Assembly: GCF_001194135.2 (NCBI RefSeq)
Contig: NC_068986.1
Span: 6,163,069 to 6,227,068, forward strand
Source of the DNA: Octopus bimaculoides
Taxonomy: Eukaryota
Reading direction: 5' to 3'
Length of the DNA: 64,000 bases
The notes under the pieces are model-generated. The model saw nothing but the letters and a program-made list of their open reading frames with translations. It searched no databases and had not been told where the DNA came from. The translations under genes were made by a program, and so were the position numbers. This document shows, piece after piece, positions 24,561-39,263 of the stretch (within the stretch, counting starts at the first letter, position 1; every line of letters begins with the position of its first letter).

Positions 24561-24827
24561 TACGCATGCTGATATATGACCTACGTTGGACTCTTCATTC
24601 GCATAATCACTGAACCTGGAGCTTAACTATAGTCTGTCCATACTGCTTACTCAACATTACCTGACACCTTTGGGTCTTATTGACACCATTACCTCTCATA
24701 ACCTCTCTCTCTCTCTCTCTCTCCCCCTCTCTCTCTCTCTATATATATATAAACAAATAATAAATGAGTATATGCATATATACGTACAGGTATGTGCATA
24801 CCTACGTCTACCTGTATATATAGGTGC

Positions 24828-24858
<31 letters not shown>

Positions 24859-25134
24859 CACATACACACACAATATATTTATATACAAAGTCATAAATGA
24901 CAGAAATAGTTTGATGAAATTTTTTTTTAACAATAAAAAAAATTCTTACATCACAACAAATTGTTTCATAGCTTAAAAACATGTAAATAATTTATATTAT
25001 TATATTTAATAATAAATAAGTCATTTACATGTTTGCATTAATGCAAAATTCCCCAAATCCTTCAAAATGATACAGTTAAGGAACTTTTTTCAGGAGTAGT
25101 ATCAAATTACTTGAATCCATATATTGAAGCTTAA

Positions 25135-25196
<62 letters not shown>

Positions 25197-25260
25197 ACAT
25201 ACACATATATATANNNNNNNNNNNNNNNNNNNNNNNNNNNNNNNNNNNNNNNNNNNNNNN

Positions 25261-25291
<31 letters not shown>

Positions 25292-25699
25292 CCTTCTTTA
25301 TTTTCGCTTTTCAGTCTCATTCTTTGTATATTACACCCTTCATGATAAGTTACATCCTCAAAATGTAGATATGTAATTTCCTCATAAGGGATTGTTAATA
25401 ACAATCCAGATGCCAACTGGCTTTATCAAATATATTGACAAAGAAAATTGCTTACTGCAGTTTCTGCTATAAGGTGCAATACACACAAAGTTGAGTGCTT
25501 GAGTATAACCCTATAGCTTCATCAGAACTTAAAATATTTCCACTTGCTATTTATTTATTTTTTTTATTACGATCTGTACTCAACTAATGTTTCTTTCTGA
25601 AGCATATGTAAACTGAGTTATTCGTACCATTACACCTGAGTGAACTATGTATGTATGTATGTATGTATGTATGTATATGTGTGTGTGTGTGTGTGTGTG

Positions 25700-25739
<40 letters not shown>

Positions 25740-25971
25740 TATATGAATGTATGTAAATGAAATGATAAATGTCTCTTACAGGAAAAAACCATTAGAGAGA
25801 CAATTTGTCTGTAAATGTAACAGAACTAGCCTTGTAAGTGTTACTTATCAATAAATAAATTAGTGTATCATCCATTTGATCTATTGAATATCTTTATTTG
25901 TTGTTTCATCTGTTTCTGATGGCATTACTAACTACATACTTACATGCATACATACCTTCAAACATGTGTAT

Positions 25972-27335
25972 ATCATCATCATCATCATCATTTAATGTCT
26001 GTTTTCCATGCTGGCATGGGTTGGACAGTTTGACAGGAGATGGTCAGCTGCTGAGCAGTCCAGGTTCCATGTCTGTTTTGACATGGTTTCGACGGCTGGA
26101 TGCCCTCCCTAATGTCACCCACTTTACAGAGTGTATTGGGTGCTTTTACATAGCACTGGCATGGATGCTATTGTGTGGCACTAACATGAGTTCTTTTTAT
26201 GTGAGCCCAGCACCCAAGAGCCCACAAGATTAAGAATGCTCAACTGGAGAGGGATGCACTGGGATATGCTCATATGCAAGGATGACCACGTATTTTCTTA
26301 GTTGACATGTCTTCTGAAGCACAGAAAACTGCCAGAAGTCTCAGTTTTCTGTGAGTCACAACATCTGAAGATCCTTTCTCACCACTTCATCCCATGTCTA
26401 CCTGGGTGTACTCCTACTACACGTTCCCTTCACATTTAGAGCTCAACACTTCTTAATGCCATTGTCTTCATTCATACGCATTACATGACTGTACCAATGC
26501 AGTCTTCTCTCTTGAAAACTACATCTGCTTTTCTCTCAAATCACTTACACTCTGTCGTATATGCACACTGACATTAGCCATCCACTAGAACATACTGAAT
26601 GCATTTCTTTCAAGCCTTCGCGTGTCCTCAGCAATCACAGCCCATGTTTCATTGCCATGTAGTATAACTGTTTGTACATAGACATCATACAATCTGCCTT
26701 TACTAGCAGAGGTAGCAGCTCTCTGAACTTTGCCCTGCCTCTTATTCTAGTGGCTATGCTTTTGGAACAACCTCTGCCACAGCTAACTTGGTCATCTAAG
26801 TAACAGAAACTGCCTACTACTTCTAAGGATCACCCACTGACATTTGACAGAGTCTATATTTTGTACATTCCTGCTGTTTAATGTACCTGCACATCTTCCA
26901 CATCAAAGACTACTTTCTCAGTTAGTCTTCCCGTGATACTGCTGCACCTCTTATGTGTTAATAGCTTGCACTCGGTACATCTTATGCAGTTTCTCTCAAC
27001 ACCTTTTCTACATATCAAGCAGGGCCATCTCCTTGAAAGGAACTGTGGATTGTCTGTTTTCCGACTTCTAGGTCTTTGGTTTTTGCTAAATTAATTCTAA
27101 GGCCCTTTGATTCCAGGCTCTGCTGCCATACCTGAAATTTCTTCTCTAGTTCTGGTAGTGATTCAGTAAAACAAACACAGTCATCAGCATAGAGGAGTTC
27201 CCAAATGCAGCCAATATTAAATTTCTCTGTTATAACTTGGAGGAATATGATAAACAAAAGTGGGGCTGAGAACTGATCCCTGATGGACTCCTAGTTGTAC
27301 ATTAAATTCCTTGCTATACTCATTGGTATACTCCC
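25972..27335 (-). mobile_element. 5'-truncated RTE LINE, about 1.36 kb
   Basis: WELLYADDCV...ESKGLRINLAKTK at 27015-27257, continuing to the (GAT)n tail at about 25972. Confidence 0.9.
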
Positions 27336-28595
27336 TTGTTTGAAAATCAGGTAAGGGTTAGTAGCAAGAATGGCATCCAGCTGTAAAACACTGCTTTAAC
27401 GATATTTATTCATCTAATTCATGTTAATATGGGGAAAATGGATGTAAAAATGGATATGAACAAACGAATAAATATATAAGAGTAAGCAAGAACATACTAA
27501 GCGGAACACAGAACACAAATACAACAATAATAAATAATATGGACAAAGAAATTCCTGCATTCAGTTTTTAAAATAATTTTATGAACATTTTCATTGTTGA
27601 TGATTAAAACATTTCACTTATCTCTCTTTTGGCATTGAACTGAAAAAAATGGCAGTTTTCTGTTTATTCAATGTTAGATAACATGAAAATACACGATCTA
27701 AATATTATGTTAAGTTTCCAGGGCCAAAAACATAGTCTAAAATCAAATGAGAAGATTAAAATTAATAATTTTTTTAATAGTAGGAATTAATGGTTCACAT
27801 ATAATACAAGAACAAAGAATTAATTTTTCTTTGACAAAAGGAATCTGATTTTAAATAGGCCTATTGATGTGTGCATGTATGTGTGTGTTGTATGTGAGTT
27901 TTGTGTGTGTCTGTGTGTGTGGGCGTATGAGTGTATATGTATGTGTGTGTGTGGGGGTGCGTGTGTGCGCACATGCACACACACGATTGGTATGTTAAGC
28001 GACAACAAAGCTATGTGGCAACATTATGAAGTAACATTGAGACAATGAGCAGTGAAAAATTAAAACAACTGGTGATTGAATCATGTGATGAGAATATATG
28101 AACAGAACTAGATAAAAATGCACTATTTTACATTTGACAGTATAGACTGTATCAAGCTCTAATTCTTGAATTAGTTTGATGGAAAAACTTCATTCAATAA
28201 GCTAATTTTCTGCAAGGGTAGAATATCATGTTCCTCGATTTTACCCTTTGTCTTACAGTAATGAAAATAATAGTATAATATAGTATTGCCACGTAGCCTA
28301 GAGGTAAATAAATTTTAGTTGCATCCTGTCCAAGTTTAAAAAGCATATTTTTTCTGTCCTTATCTCACAGACAAAAAACATTTTTCATGACAGGTGAACT
28401 CATTAAACTCTCCTATTGATTAATTTATGCTGACACAAATCACCACTAATTTTCTTAGATTCTGGAGTTTAGCCTATTTACTTCTACAGTCTTTTTTTTC
28501 AGTGATTAAGTGATTCTGGGGAAAACATGGAATAAAGGAAGCACGCTTGACCTAAAAGTATTAGAATTAACAGGAGAAATAGACTTAATGGTTAA

Positions 28596-28778
28596 CCTTT
28601 TTGTTACTATATTTCTGTTAAAATAAACCGTCTTTGTTTCAACTAATTTTTAAAATAATGAAGAATAAAATAACATTGTCATTATTATGTTGGTGCTTGA
28701 AACATAAATTAACATGAAAATTTGATGAAAGGTTTTAATTTAGATCACTTCAGTCTTGGTCAGGTTGATCTCAAAAGG
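28596..28778. mobile_element. piggyBac-like MITE, second family
   Basis: ttaa|cctttttgttac ... gatctcaaaagg|tttaa. Confidence 0.6.
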
Positions 28779-29816
28779 TTTAAGTAACAAGGACATTCTT
28801 TGGTGCCCTCTTTATATAATAGAGAAAAGCCCACCTTGCTAGAATTTGCAGCCAATTATCCCTTAAATTACTGTATTGAAAAAGGAAGGACTTGGTAGAC
28901 AATGTAGTCCTGGACCTAGATATATAATGCTTGAGAATTAAACCTAGTCAGGTTGGTCACATCTGAAATGACTTTAATTCTAGGTCTTGCAGATCAGGGC
29001 TGACTTGAAGTCAAACAGCAGCAGCAACAACCACAAGAAGTGTGGCAAATGAATAATTAAAATGATTTAGGTGTAAATTCTTTTTAAAACTTGAAATTCA
29101 AATTTCTGACTGGTAGATTTTTTCTCCAATTTTGAATTGTAATTTTAGGCAACATTCATGAAACCCACCATGACTGATAGCAAAGATTATCTCAAGATTA
29201 ATTATATAATTCTTGATTCCAAAGTTCTCTACATATATATCCCTTAATTATTTCAAAGAAAGAAATTTAAAGGAATATTGTTTGAATATTTCTGTTTATT
29301 TTTCATGCTTTATTTTTTTCTTTTAAAAAAAAAATCAAAACCAAATAAATGATAATAATGGTATTTTTTGAATGCATTTGATAAGAATAACTGTTTCTTT
29401 AATAGTGGCAAAAACCACAAACTATAAGAGAGAGGCACTGTCAATTGAAGTGCATATATACCTAGCTTTTATTTTACTTTATACTCAGGCTAAATGGTAA
29501 AAAAATTTTGCTTTACAATCATGAGGTCCCACTGCATGGCATCTCAGACAATTTTTATTTTTGATAGCTTCAAGTTGACTCATTCAAAAAACATTTAAGT
29601 TTTGAATAGGATTAGTGAACGGAAATTGTAAGGAATTTTTGCATATATAGACATACTTCAACTGATGTCAATAACTGGCTCCAAGGTGTGACTTAACTTG
29701 AAAGATAACATAACATGGAAAATCATTAAAAGAAATTTATTAGCTTATATCTATTTTAATAAATGACTTGTATAAATTTTCACAGGTATTTCATTTGATT
29801 TTTCATATCAGTATTG

Positions 29817-30042
29817 CCTAAAAGTATTAGAATTAACAGGAGAAATAGACTTAATGGTTAACCTTTTTGTTACTATATTTCTGTTAAAATAAACCGTCTT
29901 TGTTTCAACTAATTTTTAAAATAATGAAGAATAAAATAACATTGTCATTATTATGTTGGTGCTTGAAACATAAATTAACATGAAAATTTGATGAAAGGTT
30001 TTAATTTAGATCACTTCAGTCTTGGTCAGGTTGATCTCAAAA
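29817..30042 (+). repeat. Apparently identical 226-bp duplicate of 28551-28776
   Basis: No mismatch seen from cctaaaagtattagaattaac to caggttgatctcaaaa. Confidence 0.9.
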
Positions 30043-30574
30043 AAGGCTTTTCTAAAAAGTTGTCATACTTTTAAATATGTTTGTTGAAAGTGACATAAAG
30101 TTGAATAAATCAACTGATGTTGTGGTTTATTTCTTAAAAAAAAAGAACAAAACAATGTGAAATAAAAAAAAGAAGACATAATTTGAAATGACATATGTTG
30201 AAGTTTACTTGTATAAATATAAATATCTACATATGTGTTGCTAAAGTAAAAACTTTCTTTGCTTATGTACATTTGTCTATTTTTGTATTTTTTCTAATAC
30301 TGTCCTTTTATACAGACTTCTCTTATATGTTATTTGTGTTTTTGTTACTGTCCATATCTCAAATTTCCTGTCCTTATTCATCTATCATGTCTGCTCATTT
30401 ATAACCAAGCAGTTTTATGTTGCTAACATCATCTAATCGAGCAATATTATTAGGTGCTGAAATTGTAATGATCATTGTTGACAACTGATGAGGGGTTGAG
30501 TGTCTGCTTTCATTCTGTGTTTTTTTTGTTTTTCTCACAAATTCCATTGTCATCTCTCTTTACCCACCTTATTT

Positions 30575-30630
<56 letters not shown>

Positions 30631-32717
30631 TGTGTGTGTGTTTGTGTGTGCATGCTTGTGTGTTGTTGCATTTATACGTCTCTAAAAATCACGAGGTACA
30701 AAAGGTGGTATTGTCATCATTTCTCCCATCAATTAATCATCCACTGGCTTAGTGTTTTCAAATATGTGCAAAATCAAAAATCTGCTGTCAAAAAAAACAG
30801 GAAACATTTAGTAAAAAGAGGGGCATCGGGGTGTAAAATAATAATACTCAATCATATATTTATCTCATTTATGTTAGCATGGAAAAATGGACCTAAAATG
30901 AGCCAAAGACGGAGTATGGCCGAAATGTTTCTAAGTTCATTTTGCAAGCATGGAATCTTGAGTTAGATGCCACTGTGGCATCTTGGGGGAATATTTTCTG
31001 TAGCCTCAAGTCACCCTATTTTTGTTAGTGAAAATTGGATTAAAGGAAACTGTATAGAAGCCTGTTGAATGAATTATACCTGCAATTGAAAAGATACAAC
31101 CTTGTCACACGTTGCATATTGTGCCTGAAAATTATGTTAAGGATACACATATGTCTGTGGAATCCTCAGCCACTTATATGCTAATTCAATGGGCAAGTAA
31201 TCCAGTTGATCAAACAAGTGAATTCTCATTGTTGGAAACAACAGAGAGTCGTCCACCCATATTATACACCCTGAAGGAACAAATGGGATAACCAGGTAGA
31301 ATTTGAAACCAGATTGTAAAGGAGTGAAAACACATATTGCATGTTACTGAGTCTTGTCTGCTACTGTTTCTGGCACTCCATCACCTTTGTTGATAAATCA
31401 TTGGAAAAAGCTTTATCAATAGACTCAAGTGCATTATTGATTCAGGTACTGTTAAAAGCTTTCTGGATATTGAAGCAAATAATTTTATTCTCAGTTATTG
31501 TATTATTAATATTTATCAGAACATCACTGTAGTAGAATTCTGAACAGTAGCAGTTGTCATGCAAGTTGTTGCAAAAAGTAAAATATCAACAATTTAAGAA
31601 AGAAGATCAATCATTTCTCGCTGATATAGCCAGTTTGCTTAGATAAACAATCAGATAGTAAAGTGATTGGATTACTTGCTGAAGCATTTGATTTAGACCT
31701 GATAGCTTTTTTTTAGAGTAGCATCAAAACATATATATGTTTAGTGGGTGAAAATGTTTGATAAAAATAATTGGTAATGTTTATCTTAGAAACCAATAAC
31801 ATTTAATATTTCTGTTTCTAACTGACCTTGGATTCAGTGGTTTGTGTCGTTATTATTTAAATGGGAAGCAGGGCGTATGGTTAAGAACTTCATTATGCAA
31901 TGGTATATGTCTGAATTCAATCACACAGCATGACATCTTGGCAAGTGTCTTCTATTAGAGTCTAAATGCAATTTGCTAGACAAAACTGTGCAGAAGCCTA
32001 TTCTATAAGGTGAAAAGCAACATTGACCCTGATAGAAATTCAGCTCAGACCACAGTAAGTTTGCTGCCATTGAACATCAACTATGCTGTTGTTATCGCTT
32101 AGCCCCAGGTCAGCCCTAATTAAGAAAATCCATGATCAAAAATATTCCAGTCATGGCAGCCATTTCTTTCCTTTTTTATGTAGCACTATATTCTCTAATG
32201 TGTTCTTTATTAAGACAATGGAGTATGATTTGAGGGAGGTCTGGCAGCTACTTCATGTAGAGTGATTGCAAAGAAGTAGCTGTTTCAGTGACTGGTTTGC
32301 TATATGATTATCCCTATCTGTGAATCTAGATAGGGATAATCATATAGCTTGAGGCTATGGGCATTGCTTTGCTTCTTCAGACTAAGGATTAAAGTAAATA
32401 TACTGAATGAGTAACCTATTGTAATTACAGAAGCAAGAAGAAATAGTTGGTTTATTATATTATTACATTATATTTAATTATATTATATTATGAATCAAAG
32501 TATTAATACTAGAAAATATCTCTCAATAGAACAAAAAGGTGTTTTCATGCAAAATTTATCAGAATACTCAATAACATGAATACACTAAATCCAGAGCTCT
32601 AATATGATAAGATATATTAAATAACATATATGAAAGGATGACTGAAAATGCTTCAAATGCATATATTAAAATAAATATGTATATTTTAGGCTAGACAGAT
32701 TTTCTCTTCTGGCACAT

Positions 32718-32917
32718 TCATGCTGGTGGCACGTAAAAAGCACCCACTACACTCTCGGAGTGGTTGGCATTAGGAAGGGCATCCAGCTGTAGAAACTCTG
32801 CCAGATCAGATTGGAGTCTGGTGTAGCCATCTGGTTCGCCAGTCCCCAGTCAAATTGTCCAACCCATGCTAGCATGGAAAGCGGACGTTAAATGATGATG
32901 ATGATGATGATGATGAT
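32718..32917 (+). mobile_element. RTE 3' end with (GAT)n tail
   Basis: catgctggtggcacgtaaaaagcaccc...ggaaagcggacgttaaatgatgatg; similar copy at 53125-53398. Confidence 0.85.
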
Positions 32918-34794
32918 ATTCTTGAGAAGACCCATTTAGCTAAGTAAAACTGAGATCATAAAGGATTGTCATCTATGTCGATGCCCTGCACCATGCCCGC
33001 ACACAATCTTTCCCTGACAAGCCCCTCCCCCACATCTCATCTTTCTAACACCTCCCCCTCTCTCATCCATGTTCACTGCTTGCTGTATTCTTCTTTCCTT
33101 TATCTCCCACTGTCATGCGGACCTAGCTGCACACAATATGTTCCTGTCAAATGACAGATTCATTAGGGCACTGGACAAAATGCCTTGTAATATCTCTTCT
33201 AGCTATTTACATTCTGAATTCAAATCTTGCTGCATTAAATTTTGCCTTTCATCCTTTCGGTGTCAATAAAATAAAGTACCAGCCAAATACTGGTGTTAAT
33301 GGTGTTGATTAAGCCCCTTCTCACAAATTTTAGGTATTGTACCTATGTTTGAAACAATTATTTTATTGCCCTGAATTTGTTGTGATCAGATAATAAATCA
33401 ATTTTTTTGAGCACTCTGTTAGACTTAGCATGAAAATATTTTCTCCTTGTACACTGTTTTTTCTTTGATCACGGCAATGGAAAGAAACATCTTGCCATAA
33501 GTCAAAATTATTGAACTTATTTGTGTATAAGTCACAGTATTTTGTACTTGATTTTAAATGAAAAATCTAGGGTGCAATTTACTCATAGGGCAAATCTAAA
33601 ACAATGGAACGAAAAATTTTTTTAATAAGATTTAACTCTAAACAAGGGATGCATCTTGCACATGTGTAAACACAATATTTAGTTTTTTTCATCGGTAAAA
33701 CAAATTTTTGCTTGGTGAAATGGAGTATATCATATAATTGTTATGCATGTGTTGCATTGTAATTTCCTTTATTTTTTTCATTTCATTTATACAACAGAAA
33801 TTTGGTGGCAGGCTGGCAGAATCATTAGCATGCTGAGCTAAATGCTTAGTGGCATGTTGTTCATCTTTATGTTATGAGTTCAAATCCTGCCAAGGTTTAC
33901 TTTGCATTTTGCTCTTTTGTGATCGATAAAATAAGTACCAGTTGAGCACTGGGGGTTGATGTAATTGACTTACCATCTTCCCCGATTGAGCTGACCTTGG
34001 GCCAAAATTTGAAACCAATATTTATATTAAACTATAACATCCTTAACATTCATATATAACTATTGTGATCTACATGAATTTCATCAGTACAAATTGATGG
34101 TGGATTAATTATGCTATATTATGGCATTATGAAAGGATTGAGAAGGAGAGAAAGGAGAAATTAATTTATCAAAGGGAAAGAGAAAGACGTTATATGAAGG
34201 CATTTCCTTTGGAATTTTTCTTTTGTTTGTCACAGTCTGTTCGTTATTGCAGAAGGTGGGGGAGAGAAAGAGAGAGGTGGTGAGAGGGGAAGAGGGGTGA
34301 GGAGAAGAAGAAAGAGGAGGGAAAGAAAAAGAGGAGAGGGTGAAGCAAACTTAATGTAAAATTATGTACAAATTAGTATGAATAATCCTAATTCATTTTC
34401 TTCTTTCATGTGAAAATAACCATTTCCAGTTGCAGGTGAAGTCAATAATGGTTGCAAATATTTCCATAGGGCCATATTTCAGATGCACTATTTATAATGA
34501 AAATACGTTTAATTGCAGGGATGTGTGATCTGTGTGTTCCCTTGTGCAAGGTTGGTTGGATAACAGTTTACTTAACTATGCACGTTCCTGACAAGCCATC
34601 ATGCATTACTAATGGAGGCTCACAGATTTTCAGCTAGAATTTTTGCTATTCTTGCAATCTATTAGCATTATTGAAGGTCATGTCAAGATGTCAGTATTTA
34701 AATGGCATTAGGTTAAATAAATAATTTAATTTTGAAGATGTTATTATTAGGCAGTCTGCAAATTGCCTGGAATTCATGACTTCTGATTGGAACA

Positions 34795-35019
34795 CCCTTT
34801 AGCATTCGGATTGCTCTCTCTCTCAAATATAATGCTTATTTATTCATATTGTTTTAAATTAATCAAGCATTATCTCGTAGCTTTGAGTTTTCAATGATGT
34901 AATTGTTTATTTTTAGGATGATATAATAGGGTAGATGCTAGAGGATGGAGCTGGCTGGTTTGAAAATGAAGCAAAGTAGAATACATGGGTCGGATATGGC
35001 TGGTTTAAATGCTAAAGGG
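34795..35019. mobile_element. piggyBac-like MITE
   Basis: ccctttagcatt ... aatgctaaaggg|ttaa. Confidence 0.8.
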
Positions 35020-35314
35020 TTAAATACTTTAATTAGTGAATAGTAAATAGCGGATATAGTTGCTGCATTGATAATTTTATTACATTACCAGTTTATAGTT
35101 CATGAGTTCATAGTATTATATTAGTATATAGTATATGTACAGGTATTATATTTTATTTGTGAACAAAATGCTTGATTTTGTTGTTGTTGTTGTTGTTGCT
35201 CAGTGACATTGGTTGTTCCCTCTGGAGCAGATATATGAAGTAGAGGTGGGCAGTTAGACCTTCAAAAGCAACACATAACCCACCTTCTTTTGTATAATTA
35301 TACGTAGTAGGATA

Positions 35315-35548
35315 ACGATGATGACGACGATGATGATGATGGTGATGATGATGATGGTGATGATGATGATGATAACGATATCGATGAAAATGATGGCAAT
35401 GGTGGAGGTGGAAGAGGTGGTGGTAACTTTGGTGATGGTGGTGGTGGTAATGATGGTGGTGGTGGTGGTGATGGTGGTGGGGTGATGATGGTGGTGGTGG
35501 TGGTGGTAGTGATGGTGGTCGGGGTGATGGTGGTGGTGGTGGTGGTGG

Positions 35549-35580
<32 letters not shown>

Positions 35581-35690
35581 ATGGTAGTGGTGATGATGAT
35601 GATGATGATGATGAAGGTGATGATTCTTGTAGTGGTGGTGATGGTGGTGGTAGGGATGATGATGATGATGGTGATGATGTTGTTTAGTCC
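35315..35690. repeat. (GAT/GGT)n array
   Basis: Directly visible; similar arrays at about 53750-53925 (CCT/CAT/CAC) and 60605-61010. Confidence 0.95.
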
Positions 35691-36419
35691 ATGATGAGCG
35701 CTAACTCAAACAACTTATGATTAAAAGCATTATAGCTATTACCATTCACTTTTTCGTCTTTTCTTTGTGTGCCGTTGTATAATGTGATTTCCTTCATTTA
35801 AGATGTTAGGCGTGTGAACTAAAGGAGATTTCACTGCTATTTCTAACAGCTCAGGCAACTACATACTACACAGAGCTTCATTCTCATCTCTCATTCATTT
35901 GTTAGAAACAGATCTAGTTTGTCGTGTCATTGTGAGTCTAACTTGAGCAGCTCATCAATATTTTAGTTGTGATTGTCCCATCTTTATGGTGGCACATGTT
36001 TAATTAAGATTGTATTCATAAAACATGGTTCACTGACCACTTCTGAAAGTAACAAACAGGCACCAAACACACACACACACACACACCACACCACACACAC
36101 ATTCACACACATGTGCACACGCACGTACACACACACACACACACAAGCACACATATGCACACAAACAGGCGCACATACATATACATACATATATGCATAC
36201 GTACAGACATATAAGCATACATACATACATGTATACATACATACATGCATACATATAAACATACATAAGTACATGCATGCATGCATACATACATACATAC
36301 ATACATACATACATACATACATACATACATACATACATACATGCATACATACACACATATAAGTAAAGAATGGAAGACAGGACTCTCATAGCATGAAGGA
36401 AATGGTTGTTGTCTATTTG

Positions 36420-37040
36420 CAGAAAAGAAGTCAGTAGAAGTTCCATAAGGTGTGCCCTTTGTTAACAATGGACACACTAAAGGTGTAATGGAATCAAGGT
36501 AAGCTAAAAGCTAAGAGAGCAGGTAGATTTCACATGCAGCAGGTGCACTAGGGCAATAAGCACTAACAGTGCTCAGAAAACAGATTCTCTCAAATGCTTC
36601 TGTGGCTCCCAAGAAGATGTTGAATGCTTTTGTTTCCTAGGTGGTCTACTTAGCAGAGGAGGAAGGTGTTTCAAAGGTATCGTAGCCTGAATAAGAATGA
36701 ATTAGAGAACTTCTTCCCTAATGTCAAGGGTAGATTGTATGATGCTTGTGAGCAAAGTGTGTTGATGCACAACAGGAGGACATTGGTCTTATAGTTGCTT
36801 ACAATTTTTGTGATGACTGGAAAGAAATGAAGCAAGTATGTTAATGGACATAAATGATGAAGTTCAAATGACTTAAGAAACAAACTGGGAATGGGGGAAA
36901 TCACATTTCATGTGAAAGAGGGGAGACTGTAATACGATGGTTACATGGGGTGAATGGAGGAAGATAACTGAATAAGCAAGAGTTGAACTCTGAGAGTGAA
37001 TGATACCTGTAAAGTGGAAGGCTAGGGATGAGGTCATGAA
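36420..37040 (+). mobile_element. Old, degraded RTE ORF2 fragment
   Basis: FTCSRCT...ECFCFLG...NVKGRLYDACEQSVLMH...ERNEASML-like motifs. Confidence 0.7.
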
Positions 37041-37140
37041 AAATATATATATACACATATATATACATACATATATGTATAATATATATATGTACATATA
37101 TATATAGATAATATATACTATATATGTATACATACATATA

Positions 37141-37545
37141 CTCTTTTACTCTTTTACTTGCTTCAGTCATTTGACTGCGGCCATGCTGGAGCACCACCTT
37201 AAGTCGAGCAAATCGACCCTAGGACTTATTCTTTGTAAGCCTAGTACTTATTCTATCAATCACTTTTGCCGAATTGCTAGATTACAGGGACGTAAACACA
37301 CCAGCATCGGTTATCAAGCGATGTTGGGGGGACAAACACAGACATGCAAACACACATATACATATACATATACATATATATACGACGGACTTCTTTCAGT
37401 TTCCGTCTACCAAATCCACTCACAAGGCTTTGGTCGGCCCAAGATTATAGTAGAAGACACTTACCCAAGCTGCCATGCAGTGGGACTGAACCAGGAACCA
37501 TGTGGTTGGTAAGCAAGCTACTTACCACACAGCCACTCCTGCGCC

Positions 37546-37547
<2 letters not shown>
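37141..37547 (-). mobile_element. Full-length SINE family A
   Basis: Complete head (ggcgcaggagtggctgtgtggtaagtagc on minus) to tail (gtaaaagagtaaaagag). Another full copy at 59946-60270; partial cluster at 38341-39250. Confidence 0.9.
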
Positions 37548-37599
<52 letters not shown>

Positions 37600-37625
37600 T
37601 ACATACATATATAATATATATATAT

Positions 37626-37662
<37 letters not shown>

Positions 37663-38495
37663 TACTTTTGGACCAATGATTATGGATTAAATGTTTTTTC
37701 ACTCTCAGACTTATCTTTGAGAATTTATTCTAAGTGGCTGGACATAGTTTCTTTGAACTTGTTTGTCAGTCCTTAGAAGTGTATCTGCAAAAATACTCAT
37801 AAACACAAAGAAATATGATTAGTCATTGAGAGTTAATTGTTTGCTTCACCCACCAAAACAAAAAAAACAAAAAAAAAAAGTGAGTAAAAGACCCGAAACA
37901 AAACAGTATATGCATCACACATTCATTTATTCAATTGTTATACATAGAACACATGATATATTCAACTATTCACCTGAAAAAAAAGAAATAACACATGATA
38001 TTCTGATGTCTTCAATATCATACATGGAACATACAAAAGCAAGAAAGCTGGCTATTGTAATAGATATTACAGCCTTTTGCAATTTTGTATAAAAGATTGG
38101 AATTAATGAATCCTTGCAGAAACTTCCTATCAATAACTAATGAGGAATCTTCAACTACAAAGTGTTTCCTACATAATGGATTTGTCTATTCCTAGAAAAA
38201 TGGGTATATATTGATAAAAAATATTCAACATTAAAACTTCATTAGCAATAGATACTTCTTTGCTTTTGTGTGAGTTATACACATGATATTGAAGACATTA
38301 AAAAATATCATGTGTTTTTGTATGTGAATAGATGAATATATAGGCGTGGGAGTGGCTGTGTGGTAAGTAGCTTGCTTACGAACCACATGGTTCCGTGTTC
38401 AGTCCCACCGCATGACACCTTGAGCAAGAGTCATCTACTATAGCCTCGGGCCAACCAAAGCCTTGTGAGTGGATTTGGTAGACAGAAACTGAAAC

Positions 38496-38588
<93 letters not shown>

Positions 38589-39216
38589 TGTTTGTGTGTC
38601 TGTGTGTGTGTGTGTGTGTCTGTCTGTGTGTCTGTGTTTTTGTGTGTCTGTGTTTGTCCCCCTGACATCGCTTGACAACCGATGCTGGTGTGTTTACGTC
38701 CCCGTAACTTAGTTAAGTTAGGGGTACATAAACACACTAACATTGGTTGTCAAGTGATCGTAGGGGGACAAACACACACACACACACACACATGTACGAC
38801 GGGCTTCTTTCAGTTTCCATCTACCAAATCCACTCACAAGGATTTGGTCGATCTGAGGCTATAGTAGAAGATACTTGCCCAAGGTGCAACACAGTGAGAC
38901 TGAACCTGGAACCATGTGGTTGGTAAGCAAGCTACTTACCACACAGCCATGCCTGCACCTATATATATATATCTATATATATATATACAAATATATATTT
39001 ATATCTTCTATCTTTTACTTGTTTCAGTCATTAGACTGGCCATGCTGAGGCACCACCTTGAAATTTTAGTCAAATGAATCAACCCCAGTACTTATGTTTT
39101 TTGTCAAGCCTGGTACTTATTCTATTGGTCCCTTATGCCACACCACTAAGTTATGGGGACATAAACACACCAACACCAGTTGTCAAGTAGTGGTGGGGGA
39201 CAAACACAGACTCAAA

Positions 39217-39263
<47 letters not shown>

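Noticed and set aside
25189-25416. Protein-looking ORF LASGLLLTIPYEEITYLHFED (similar cases at 11241-11447, 48020-48268, 52381-52596)
   Set aside because: No recognisable homology or strong paired splice signals; lengths are within chance expectation
31400-31480. CIIDSGTVKSFLD, resembling a retroviral aspartyl protease DSG motif
   Set aside because: Isolated short motif in a stop-ridden context with no other LTR-element features
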